Shown here: positions 21,101 to 33,139 of the stretch, piece by piece
Numbering within the stretch: position 1 is the stretch's first letter
How the letters are laid out: the number at the start of each line of letters is the position of its first letter
DNA from: Klebsormidium nitens
Lineage: Eukaryota; Plantae; Klebsormidiophyceae
DNA: 41,274 bases
Direction of reading: 5' to 3'
NCBI GenBank assembly: GCA_000708835.1
Contig: DF237652.1
Span: 1-41,274 of the forward strand
Notes under the pieces: generated by a model
Databases searched by the model: none
What the model was told of the DNA's origin: nothing
Seen by the model: only the letters and a program-made list of their open reading frames with translations
Position numbers and translations under genes: made by a program

Positions 21101-24100
21101 TAACCCAGCCCTTCACCTTCTTTCACAGGTCCTCTGCGCACCCTAATGCGCTTTTTGGCATGGGTGCAGGAGTCGTGGATTCTGAGCGGGAAAGTGACCG
21201 TGTCTCCTAAATTCCATGCGTTCCAAGGCAGAACTGACCCCTTGATTGCAGATTCTTGAGGCACCTTCTTTCGTGTTTCGACATGGGTGCACACGTGTGG
21301 GATCTGACCGGGAACGCTTCTTCTGTCGTTATAACGAGGTCGTCTAAACCCAGCGCATAACCCTCGTTTACAGGTTCTTGGCGCACCCAAACGAGTGTTT
21401 TGACATGGGGACGCACGGGTGGGTTTTGAGCGGAAACGCAACGGAGTTGGGGCTGGACATCAAGTCGTACAAGTACATACTGTTTCTGAATTCGTCGGTG
21501 CGGGGACCGTACCTGCCAACGTATCTTTTACAAGGACCTCTTGTAAGCATCTACCTGAGTCCTGGACTCGTCTCTATCTTAGTTTATCACAAACATGTTT
21601 GTCTTGGACGTATTCTGAAACGGAAGACTTCGCTCGTTGGCGTATCTTTTCAAAGACCGCTGGTATCTTCTCTTGTAGAATTGTGCAAACGCTGTCGGTG
21701 CCAGCGAATCGCAAACGAAGTGATTGCATTCAATCAGATCCGTATTCGTCGAACCCTTGTCTAGTTAAACAGTTCAAATCTGCATAAGCGATGCTGAGCA
21801 ACACTGCTTTGTTTCCTTCCTTCGAAACGGTGCCGAAAGCGTTTCTTATGACTCCCTCTCTCCACACGCAAAAAAAGAAAGGAAAAAAAAGACAAGTAAA
21901 GAGAACAATAATGTCGATGGTAAGATCCTTGCAAGTAAAGAACAAGAAGTGGTCGTCAAAGGCTCAGCCGTGGCACGCCCTCCGCAAAAGAGCGGAAAGG
22001 GTTTGAATATGGAAGATGTCAAGGTTCACAGAACATTGCACATGATGCCCAATAAAGTGAACCAATCAAAGTAACATATCTACAGGCTCAGTCGTGGCAC
22101 GCCTTTCTGAGAAGCGCAGTGGGTAACAAGTCCTTTTCTTAAAATCAATCGACTTAATTCCAATAAAATGGGCGTGGTTCTGGTGAACGAACAATATTGG
22201 CCGTTACAGACACTCGTGTAATTTAGGTAGGATACTTCCTAGGTAGGATAGTAGCAGTCCCCCGGGGAAAAGGAAAATCCGAATAGTCTCAAACCGACAG
22301 ATCTACCCGCTCCGCACCCGCACCCATTCTGACCCCCAAACTGACCCCACGCTTTCCCCGGGCCATGACCATATTTTACTTAGGAGTCTATTCTAACCGT
22401 AGCTCTATCCGTTGCAGGCTCAACCGTGGCATGCCCTCCTGACGGCCAATATTAACAACGACATCAAGCTGGTGGGGCCAACGATAAACTGCCAATCGTT
22501 CCGCGCAAACGACCCGGACCGAAAACCGCACGTGCAGTCGTACTGTATGGCCACCGACCAGGTAAGCGCCGCATGCGTAAGATTCTGAGTTTTTAGGGCT
22601 TGCATATTAAGGTTAAACTTTAATGCGGATAAGAAATTAAGAGCTGTAAGGCACGCCCGGCGAACGGGTGGGGTTGGTATAGTGGTTAGTTTAGGTACGG
22701 GTGCGGAGCGTGTCATGTTTGTTGGTTAGGGTTTTTGGTTAGGTTGCTGCCCCGGGTACTTCCTTATGGGTATTAGATCCTTATAGGTATCAAGCTTGAT
22801 GGGTATCTTGCACATAAATATTCAGTGAAGAAGAAAGTGATCTCTTTTTAAGTGAATTCAACCTATGCTTGTGATCTAGAGGGTGCGGACTCATCATACA
22901 TGGCAATGTTTGTGAAACCGCCTTCTAAAGGACCAGACCTTTCTGACGTGTGCTTGAAGAGTGTTTGCTCTTCGAGGGGCCCACGAGCAGTAAATTGCGT
23001 GGGTAGTATTCCGGTTGACGGCTCGCTCATTTGGAAGCCTAGCACCATGTGATGCTCTTTCGGAGCTCGCTCCCTTCGACGGAGACTTTCAAAAGGGTTT
23101 ACTATCCCTTGTCAGAGAGTAGTATTCGCCCCCACCTAGTGCGCCTTTCTGCGCTCAGCAAGAGCCGTTCTTACGATCTTTTCAGACCAAAGCTTCTATA
23201 TTTGGTGTAAGCCTCACGCGAGCTGTGGCGGCGGAGATCAGGCTCTCCCGTCCTTGCTGATTTGTCTGAAACGGTGTTTCGATTTAGTTGAGACGTAAAG
23301 TTGCTGCAAGTGCGGAGCGAATGAGCGGCCAAGTATAATTTTCTGAAGATGCTGGAGACAGTGTTCAAATCATAATATTTTCAAGCCAGTACTCGTCAGC
23401 GTCGACCGCCAGAAAGGGCCGGCAACAGTCAAGATGTTCGATTCTTAAATATGAGCCTTGATCTATCAATTGCTGCAATGGACCTCATTGGTTAGTGCCG
23501 CTGAGGCTAGCGTCTGATCGCCTCTAAGAATATCGGCCCTAATTCCGGAAAGTTGCGATTCCGGACAGGCAGAGCTAAAACCTTTATTCCGGACCTAGCA
23601 GCTTTAGTCGGTAAGCTGACACACGGTCTCCGAATTAGCGTTCGAACAATCCGGAACTGGAACTGGTGCAATTTTTTTTGGCGTGCTCGGTAGACTGCTT
23701 TATCAAGTCCGGAGTAAAGCTTCTGCTCTGTCCGTCCGGAATCGCAAACTTCCGGAATTAGGGCCGATGCTCATACTTAAGAAACTTCTGGACGAAGGTA
23801 TATTTCGTCTCGGATAACGGTACAATCTGTCTTTCCCAACACTGATTTGTGGTTTACCTGCAGGTGGGGCTGGGGATCATGCTGGAAAAGGGCGTACTGT
23901 CGTGTAAACAGGGTTGGGTAGACGCGATCGTAACGGGCGAGCTTGCGGCGTCTAAGGTGCGTTACCCCCTCTCATCGCGAATCCTTCATCTCGTTTTCTT
24001 AGGTCAAGGCCGGACTGTAAATCGCGTAGTCAACGGGAGCTTGCTGCAACAGCCATTGAAACCCCGTGGCGCCAGAATTGACCCGCTGCAAAGGTCCTCC

Positions 24101-25835
24101 TGCTAAGTTTCCCCTACAAGGAACATCCTTGGATGTATCCTCCAAAATGTTCTGAAAGGGGGCAATATCGTTGCACGGGAAGCACTTTCGTGCTTTCTCT
24201 GACTGTTTCCGTTGCGGCTCAATGATACGAGTTCTTCCACCTTATAATGTTTGTTTCATCACTTCGTTGAACGGATGTATACTCAATGCCTGTGGGCCAA
24301 GCATTGGTCTGCAAAATGCGTTCCCACGTCCCCGTCGTTTCGTTGTGGCGTTTAATACCCCTGATTCGTCACGTCTGTGCCAATCGTTGTGTCCCTTCCG
24401 AATGTCACACCTAAGAGCTGCTGCTGTTTTTCTTGATATCGCGGTTCTCCGATGAGACTTCCTGTGGTTTTAGAGCTCGTTCAAGGTTATTGGTATCAAT
24501 GTCTTCTCCTCACCTGCGGTCCCGGAGCTCGGTCGAGGGCACCGGTTTCAAAGTTATTTCTCTTCTTTCTTGTTCCCCCGCATAAGATTCTGTCTCTTCG
24601 TTCATGTTGCATCTTGTGAGAGTTAATTTAGGCGTTTCTAGCGGTTTGCGCTTCACAGTTTTTGCCCACGATGGGTTTCGGTCCGACTGTCCTCATTGCT
24701 TTGTTCTGCTTTTGCTTCGCAGTATCTGGTGACTCGTTTCAAAGTCCTAGACAGGTAAGCTTTTCAAGAGCTACTCAGGAGTCTCTGAAGGAAGTTTGAT
24801 GGTAAAACCCATTCTCGGCTGTTGTGAATGGAGGTCCGAGACTTGCAACGTCTGCCTTCCTTTCTTCTGGTATATCCGAGAACGAGAGCGGGGACTATTT
24901 GACGATCTGAACCTTCGAGACAGGTTTCAAGCGAAGACAGGGCGGTAGTTTGCCTGGAACAGACGCTTTCTTCTAATCGAATCAGGCTCCCTTTTCACTA
25001 TTTAGGTCTTGCTAAACGAGGGCTACAATATAGCTTCGCTGCTGACCAAGTACCGAGGACTAGATTGGCGGGATCGTAGAAATTGGGACTGCAACAACCT
25101 TATGAACCCCATAGGATATGACGAGATCAATGCGCAGCCGCTGGAGGTGAGCGCTTATGGCTTCTGCTCATGGCTTCCGCTTATAGCTTCGCTTATGGCT
25201 TCGTTTATGGACTTTTGCTTTGTCGATTGGACAAATAGCTGTGCTGTTTCCTACACGTTGATTTGCTTCTTGACATTCCGCTGTGCCGTAACCCGACAAG
25301 ATTGTTCTTCCCCGCTAATCTGAGGTCTTCGTTGAAAGAGTGTGCCGAATGCAGCCCGGGCATTTGGTGTTTCTCGGTTATTGATACGGATCCAGCTACC
25401 GAGCAGTTTTCCATGCGAAATTTCTGAGATGTTGCAGCTCTCCGTCAGCCGAGCGTCGACTTCATCGTCCTACTCGAATGTGAAGCGCTTCATCTACATG
25501 AACGTGAAAACAGTCGCTTTCCTCCAAGATTCGCTGCAGCCCTTAGGTGTTGTCATGTTTGTTTCACAAAAATGGTTCTGCGCCGTTGATTTGTTGTCAT
25601 GTTTGTTTCGAATCTAACGAAAATGGTTCTGCCCCGTTGTTGCAGGTTATGTTTCTTTCACAAAAATGGTTCTGCGCCGTTGATTTGTTGTCATGTTTGT
25701 TTCGAATCTAACGAAAATGGTTCTGCCCCGTTGTTGCAGGTTATGTTTGTAAAAGCAAAGTCGTCAATGACTGAATGGGTCCGGATGCGGCTGGCCGTAG
25801 AGCTCGATCAAAGGTTCTCCGTTGCAGGGCGATAG
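18129..25835 (+). CDS. Uncharacterised type II membrane protein of the NSSVRGPxLP-motif family (putative glycosyltransferase-like)
   Basis: Phase-consistent exons: 18129-18260 (signal anchor FVSVWFCALAVAGGAILSFGVGA), 19365-19468 (KTLVSYVFSDTDPEY), 20372-20494 (LNLLHFL..DYVIIMNG), 21374-21542 (NECFDMGTHGWVL..ILFLNSSVRGPYLP), 22418-22561 (WHALLT..IKLVGPTINC..PHVQSYCMATDQ), 23864-23956 (..CKQGWVDAIVTGELAASK), 25006-25146 (LLNEGYNIASLL..WDCN..NP..QPLE), 25740-25835 (VMFVK..stop). Extra exons between 18260 and 19365 are possible. The enzymatic function is inference. Confidence 0.75.
20197..20400 (+). repeat. Diverged ~116-bp tandem duplication spanning a 3' splice site
   Basis: Units start AAACCCACCACTTAA at 20197 and 20313. 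Both contain GTTAACCTGA(C/T)CCCACTTGAT..GCAGG(T/C)TTAA..CTCCACTT(C/T)CTCAACCA. The second unit holds the real acceptor (20370-20371). Confidence 0.85.
23532..23768. mobile_element. MITE (~237 bp) with ~44-bp terminal inverted repeats, in an intron
   Basis: ATCGGCCCTAATTCCGGAAAGTTGCGATTCCGGACAGGCAGAGC versus the reverse complement of the right end, ATCGGCCCTAATTCCGGAAGTTTGCGATTCCGGACGGACAGAGC. No clean TSD identified. Confidence 0.8.
25548..25750 (+). repeat. Near-perfect 94-bp tandem duplication (with ~46-bp subunits) that duplicates the last 3' splice site
   Basis: AAAATGGTTCTGCCCCGTTGTTGCAG|GTTATGTTT occurs with acceptors ending at 25645 and 25739. Confidence 0.9.
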
Positions 25836-28800
25836 GGACTTACGCAAATGATATTTATTAACCTGCTCTGCTGTATAGGACATGACTGTCGGCAAGATTT
25901 GAGGCTCAACAATCGCGGTCTAGGTTGCCAGATTAGAGCTGATTAGCTAAGTAGCTGCAAATCACTTGCGAAACAATTCAGGTTGAGTCAATCAGTGCAG
26001 ATATCCAGAAGTAAGCAAAGCAGCCTTAGGGCGGGGAGCAAGTATCTTTCATCAGGGCATATCACGCAATCCCGCACATCAAAAACTTTAATCAGTGCGA
26101 CTTGTCATCCTTCGCGCAGAAGGGATGGGCCTGACCGAAAAAGAACCTGCCGTGCTTGACTCCAAATCAGTCCACGTGACCGTTGAATTCCAGTACTGAA
26201 GTATGAGCCTTGCAGGCATGGGCCATGCCACGGGATCGATCATAGTATGCTTGGTATGGAGTATTCCGCATGACCTTTGTATAAAATCTGCTACCATTGA
26301 TTAGTGATCCAGGCTTGCCGAGGTGTCTTGGCAAGTTCGTTCGTTGATTGAACGTCCTGATCTTATTGGCCCGCCTGAGGCAGGGTCAATCTCATGCGCG
26401 GCATGAGGCTGCCCCGTGCGGCAGGGTCAATGTCATGCATGTGTGCACATCATGAGGTGTGCAAATCATTCGGTGCACCGTCCGCCCGCTCCAATGTTTA
26501 TCTGGCCGTAATGCATATATCATTGAATGCGTCACCCGGAATTCGTTCCACTGGCCAACTTCATGCATGCATCAGCCTGATGATTGCAGTAGAGCTTAGC
26601 CTGCAAAAGCCCTTTAAGTATAGCTGCAATTACGTAGGCTTTCTAAGTTCAGCGCGCAGGCTCATAGGCAGTTAAGTTGGCCCCCGGGCTTAGGCCGCGG
26701 CCGCGTTCGGACCGTGGCCCGGCCCCGCGCGCGCACTGCGGCCGGTGCCTTACGCCGCGGCCGTGGTCAGCTCAGGCAATCGTCAGGCACCGTCGATATG
26801 CTCCAGAATGCGGGTTCTTGTACGGACGATGTTCTTTCAAAATCTGTGCGCGCGTCGTAGGGGGTTTTCTCGTGGACAAACACGCCGGGACTCGTTAAAG
26901 TGGGCGTATGCACTCGCGAGTGCACCTGGACATCGGACGGTTTTAACGTCCAAGTTGAATCTATCGGACGGCTCAGAGTTGCCCTTTTCGAGGCTCTCCT
27001 CAGGACTCAGACTCACTAGTGTGCATTTCCAGGCTTTGAAATCCGACGCCCACTTTAAAGACATAGGTATTGCCGAAACCAAATAATATTATACCGGCGC
27101 AGCTTTAATACCGGGCATTAGCTGGCCTGTGATCTGGCCAGATTGCCGTTAACCCGCCGTTAACCGTTCAATCTAGCTATCCTACCAACCCGAGCACTCT
27201 TGTCATTCGAAGTCCCCGTTTTCGCTGATTCTCAGACCGGTTTTGGCGAAGGAGGGTTTCAGGATATCCGTTTCGATTTTTGCCTCTTCTGCAGGCAACC
27301 AAGCCAGTTCGAACGTCGTTCAAATGCCCTGCGTAACCAGACTTTCTAAAAATTAGGAGCAACCCGGCAGGCCTGTCGAGCTTTGGGTCTTATCGCGGGT
27401 CGCCCCAGCTGAGCATAAGAAACGAAGTCTACGGCAACGCTCCAGGCAGACGCTAGCTCCACTGAATGATCTTAGAGCCTTCTACAGAAGCCGCCTTTCT
27501 TGGCGTGGCCAGAAAGACGTGGGCATGCAAAGTCAGCTGCTTTCCAACGATTGGCTCGTTTCCACTCGACCTACTCTCCTGCAATCCTTTAGAGTCAGGG
27601 GACTGTATTGCCGACCCAGACATCCTTCGGCAAGATCGTGTCAATCCCTTCGATTCCAAAACCAGACAATGAAAGGGCGGCGCAGATCAACTCAACTAAG
27701 CTGACAAGCCGCCCAAAGCCGAGAAACGACCCATGTGTGTAGAAGAAAGACTACACTCGACACAGACTCCATATATATCTTCTCTTAGGAGTGGCACCCA
27801 GAGCTTATAAAGCTATTCCTGAGCTGACAAGAGCCCCCAACAGCAAAATGCTGTCCAGCCTCCTTGAGGGGGAGTACAAAACGAACTACCCCCCGCGCCG
27901 GTTGCCCCAATCCGAAACAAAGTCCTTCGCCGAGCTAGCAAATGACCGTGGGTATACACTCCCCGAGAAAGCAGCAACGAGCGGACGCGATTCAGACAGC
28001 TGTCCAGCTGGCAGGCCGTCCGGAAGCAGAGTGATTGGGCCGTGCTCGTCATTTTTCGAGCAGCGATGGAACCTCGGTAAGCTATAGCCGTTGTTCCCAT
28101 GAGCTATGGGCCTTCGTTTGGTCAGCTCTTTCGGTCAGCTATTGGCTTTGTATTGCCAGCATTGTGCTGGGGTTATAATCGAAACGGACCTCTGTAACGT
28201 GCGTCTCTTCTTTAAACGCAATCAAAGCGAGGAGCTGAAGAGCTCATTTCTGCCCGTTTGCCCGGCTGTGCTGATTTTTCCTGAGCAGACGTCGAAACTT
28301 GGTGGCCACTCTTTGAGTTTGACGGCAACAATTGGTGGAGCAGCCTATCCTAATTTCAGTTGATAACATTAGGATGTGGCCGGCACGCTGGGGCAAATGG
28401 GCAATGGCTTTTCTGTGCCACAAATAGTCAAAGTTGTTCAGCAGTTCAACTTTCGATGTGGACAGGTGAGCTCGGAGTCAGCCAGCGTTTCCCCAGAACC
28501 GTTGACACCAGTGGTCACTCGCCAATGCCGTGAGATACGTGGAACTGCAAGGGAGTGTCAGGGACGGTGGTGCAGGTTGAAAAGTCGGAGACATTGCTAA
28601 ATCTCTAGATCAGCTTGGCAGCTTTCTAGGTCCCCAAAAAGGACGCGTCCGTTCATTTCTTTTAATCTGTATCCGCATTCGTTGTCCTACAACAGAGGAA
28701 GTAATTCGTGTATTTTATAGAGGTTACACAGAAACACCAGCTTTCTGGCGTGGATTCGTCTGAGCTGGTTCGTCTTCGCAGTAGATGCACCCTAGCACTC

Positions 28801-30762
28801 GACCATACCACACAGAAACTGCCTTTCAGTATTCCCGCTGCCCAGAAACCTTGCTCTTTCGCGGCATGGGTTGCCTGCAGCCTTCGTGAACACCACCCGA
28901 AACTAGCTGACAGTCTTTCCGCTCGGGCTTTCAGGCTTTGTGAATCAACGTTGCGAGGGGGACGTTGTAGGTCGAAGAGTGGTTTCAATAAGGTTGTGAA
29001 CGTGAGCGTCCGTGAATCGGGTTTCAATATAAAATTCTAAAGTGGACAATTCTGAAGTTTACCCTTCCCTTAGCGAGCGCCTCCAACGGCCCGAGCCTCC
29101 GGTCACGTCACGCTCACGTCAGCGAGTCCTTTTTGACTTCTGCAGCGGCAGACAACGGCTCCAGCACCTCCCAGTCAAACTCAGAGACAAGCGACCGGTA
29201 CAAGGACCCCGGGGTGGTCTATCAACGGCAGGTGGGCGCTTATACGCTATACTCGACGGCGGCTTATATATTTCAACCAGCGCTTAGGTGGTTTGGCGCG
29301 GGCTTGCATGCACTTATGATACGTTTTGCTTACACATGTCAGCTCGAGGCAGGCTCCTTACTTCGGGTCGAAAAAAGCGGCTCATCTACGAAGTGTGGAT
29401 GTGTTGGCAGAACCTGCTGGAACGTCCGACGGTCTCTCGTACAGGTTTTAATTACAGCTGAAATGGCTTTTCTAATTCGGTCTTTTGTTGCTCTCGCTTT
29501 CAGCCTATGCCGTCCAAGACTCACTCCAACGTCCCTCGAGAAACGTACCCAGCGCAATATACGTAAGCAACCCGTGATCCATTTTGTGTTGACAACCTCA
29601 TGACAAAATGCTGTGCATGGGAGTATTCCATTCACACAGCCCGAAGCCTCGTGTTAAGAAGAAGATTGTATCGAAGATAGAGAACTTCTGTGGCGGAAGT
29701 TCGGACATCCTCCACTTACAGCAAGTTCGCAATACGCTTTGGGAGTTTGTACCGGTCGTATCACCCTTCCGAGTCGCTACGATAGTACTTCCCAAGGTCA
29801 ACGTGATGCTATAAAGTATAATTTCACACATGTTTTGATGCGATTGGTCGGATCGAAGCAACCATTTCTGTGAATATGGGATCTATGCGACGGTAGGTTT
29901 TCAAGAGGGGTCTGGAAGGCCTTTGCTGTTGGCTACCCCCTCCCATCAATAAAAAGCCTAGTGGTACTACATGTAAACAGGAAAGAAAGACTTCGAAAAA
30001 CCTGATTCCCCTTTGGACGAAACGACTTTACAGAACGAGCAAGCAGGCCGACTTCGAACCGACGCCACGTGGCAACCCGCGGGACTACCAGGCGCGCTCC
30101 TTGAAACCCGGGCGGTCCGAGCTCGCGCTCGGTACGATCTCCCCGCAGTTCAGGACGACGTCACAGGCGTTCCAGAGTGACGTCACAGCTGCGACGGCGC
30201 GCGTGCGCGCGCAGCCGAAGGCGGGCGCGAAGACGTCACAGCTGCCAACGCACAATATCATCACGGGTGAGGATGCTCGAACGAAGCAAACACTACGTGA
30301 AGCGTCTCTACCTCTGAAATTTGGATGGGGCTTTGGCTCCAAAGAAGCATTAGAAGATCTAAAAAGGAACGATTTGGGCTGTTCTGCAAAGACCCAGCTC
30401 CTAACGAGCTTTGCTGTAGACAGCCGTTTCAATTTCTCGATCTGTCATTTAGGAGTCGTAATCCATTTCGGTTGCCAGCTCCCCAGAGCAAAGCGTTGGA
30501 GGGAATCGGCCGCGCTTTAAGGTCAGCGTGCTCTGTTGAAATGGCACAAACCACAAGGAGAGGCAAACTGTTTCTTGTGAAGCACCAAAATGTTTTGAGG
30601 AAATCCGAGTCGAGATTTTGACAATCGCACTGATTCTCTGTACGAAAACTGACTTGGAAGCGCTCCACTGGATAAATCAGCCGGGCCGCAAACGATAGTG
30701 AATTCTAGACCGGTCGAAAACAGTGTCGCTTGTCACGTACGGAGCATCATTGAATAACTTAA

Positions 30763-31292
30763 ACCACCACCCAACCGGTACATATGGGCCAGCAATGCTG
30801 GCCAATTTCATAACTTGAACTTCACGTGTGAAGTTCAAGTTGCGCTCATGGGGCGCACGCATTTGGCACTGAAATGTAGCATTTGCCCAGCTCATAGCAT
30901 GCCCAAATCATGCTTTTCAGTGGCGGTGTCAAGCTCAGTCGCCACAGAGAGGCCTTGCAAGAAGGCGCCAGGCTTTTCAGCTCTTCAAACCACCAAGAAT
31001 AGCTCAAATAAGCTGAGTGTGGCTTTTTAGGGCTTACAGGCCTTGTTTTTGGCCGTTTGAAGAGCCGGGAAAAGGAGCGCATCTCAACGGGGCCTGTTCC
31101 AGGCGAGCAAGCCTGACACCGTCAAATTTGGTGAAGGTTGGATGCTGCTATCGTGCTGGGTAGACGCCATTTTGAGTGTTCAAAAACATGCGCCCCATGA
31201 GTCACCGTTTGAATTGCCCGATCTCGACGACCGTTGGCAATTTATGCCACGTCAGCATCGAATTTGCCCGGTTTTATAGGTTGGGTGGTGGT
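30763..31292. mobile_element. MITE-like non-autonomous DNA transposon (530 bp) flanked by TTAA
   Basis: Perfect 19-bp inverted repeat CTTAAACCACCACCCAACC (30758-30776) / GGTTGGGTGGTGGTTTAAG (31279-31297), including TTAA on both sides. A second internal inverted pair, CTCATGGGGCGCA / TGCGCCCCATGAG, is present. No coding capacity. Confidence 0.7.
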
Positions 31293-33139
31293 TTAAGCGG
31301 CTTCGCTTTCATTTCTCCTCTTCCAACTAGTTACTCTCCTCTTCCAACCGAAGTGTCACGGTCTCGTTTCAGAACCTGAGTTCTAACATCAGTCCATGTC
31401 ACGAAAGTTGGCGATTTGGCTACTGCGTATTTCAACCGTCAATGATTTGCGCCCACATGGCTCAGGATGAAATCTGACCGATTCACGTTTTGCAGGAGGC
31501 CAGCCGCTGAGTAACACGACGCACGACGCCTTCGACCCGAAACGGAGTTACGGCAAGTACGGAACCCTTGAGAGGGAGAAGGGGGCCTCTGCCGCAGAGT
31601 GCTTCAGAGAATTCACCAGAACCCCATGATCTTTAGAATATAGTTCTCGCTTTCATTGTACATTCCCGTGAATATGTCTGAACCATCGCGTACTAACCAG
31701 CGAAGCTAGTAGAAATGACACAACGCTTCGAAATGAATCAACTCAGGTTAGTTCGTGGATGCTCGAATTATATGAGTCCGCTTCGGTATTGTGCCAATAA
31801 TTTGTAGTCACATTACACTCCGCCTGAAGACTTTCCATGCAAACCCTGCCCAGCTCGCCGCGCGCTGCAAACTGATATGTCGGACGCGGCGCCGGCCAGT
31901 GCAGTGCGCAACTGTTAAACTGTTGCGATTGGCCAGCTCTGCATGGTAATGACGTACAACTTCTTGCATGGCACACATGTGTTAGCATATGATCGGCACT
32001 ACATCATTGTTGATATCATTGAGTACGATCGCCAAACAGCGCACGCGAATACTAACGATACTAGGTTCGATCAAAAGCTCAGTACTAAGGTGTTGCATGG
32101 CAGTGGCGCTTGAAGTTTCGATCATGTCACTATCTGATGAGGCCTGCCTCCTTGGGCCAACTTCTTACTAATGCACGTGCGTACATGCTTATTTACTAGC
32201 CATGCATCATTGGCATGGGATGGCATGGCATGCCGCCCAGCTAGGCACCATAAACGCCGTGACGTACGGCCATCGATGGCGCATGCCATGATCTGGCACG
32301 CCATGATCGAGTATATGCATTGATGGACGGTCTGTAACTGACAAGTCCATTGAATCAATAAAATGGTATATTCAATTCGATCATCTGATCGATCGACCGT
32401 TGTATACTGGCAGCTTTGATCGAAAAGTCATGCATGCAACGATCTGTTGTATGTGAGCTCATGCAGTGTTCTGATCAGATCTGTCGGACCGTTCACCAAG
32501 CACGTGACGAATCGTTATGAATGCAGTCTGCACTGAGCAGCAAGTATACGAGCGGCCGCGCAAATGATTGAATTCTGTCACTGTCTGGATCGGAGGCCCG
32601 CACTGACTCCTGAATGCCAGTAGTTCGTAATGGCAAGGTTCACGTCGATATCTGCCGCACCAAAAACGTACGGGCCGGGCGACTCTTCAGTAACGGACGA
32701 CTTCAACTTTTGCCTCTTTCTACTACCCTATATAAAACGGTTTGTGCTCTGGCAGCAGTTCACATCCTTTCTTGTTCCTGCTTCGGCCCCCCTGACCTGC
32801 ACAAGCCCCTGAAAGACGTGACTGATCGAATTGAGTATCATTCTAACGAACTCTAAGCTTCAAAAACGTCCCGAATTCCTGTCCTGCGCTCCGCTGAAGC
32901 TCAGGTCGTAAAGCGTTTCCCCTCTCAGCCACTTGACAAGTAAGGCAGGTATCAAGCTCCTAACTCGATGTCTTAGTCGCTGAACGGTAATCTAACGTAC
33001 TCAATCTTGAAGCACCTACATCTCGTCCCTACTTCTTCGCCTGCTCAGAGTTACGCCGCCTTTCTACTTCCCGCTACTGGTTACTCGTTGCATGTTACCC
33101 GTCTGAAATCTCAGTTTCCCGCTTTTGATTATCTACGTT

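Noticed and set aside
27120-27177. Helitron 3' end (hairpin plus CTAG)
   Set aside because: The hairpin is weak and too far from CTAG, and CTAG is not followed by T.
29340-29880. Pseudogene inactivated by C-to-T stops on the minus strand
   Set aside because: Stop density is about what a random frame gives, and no domain is recognised.
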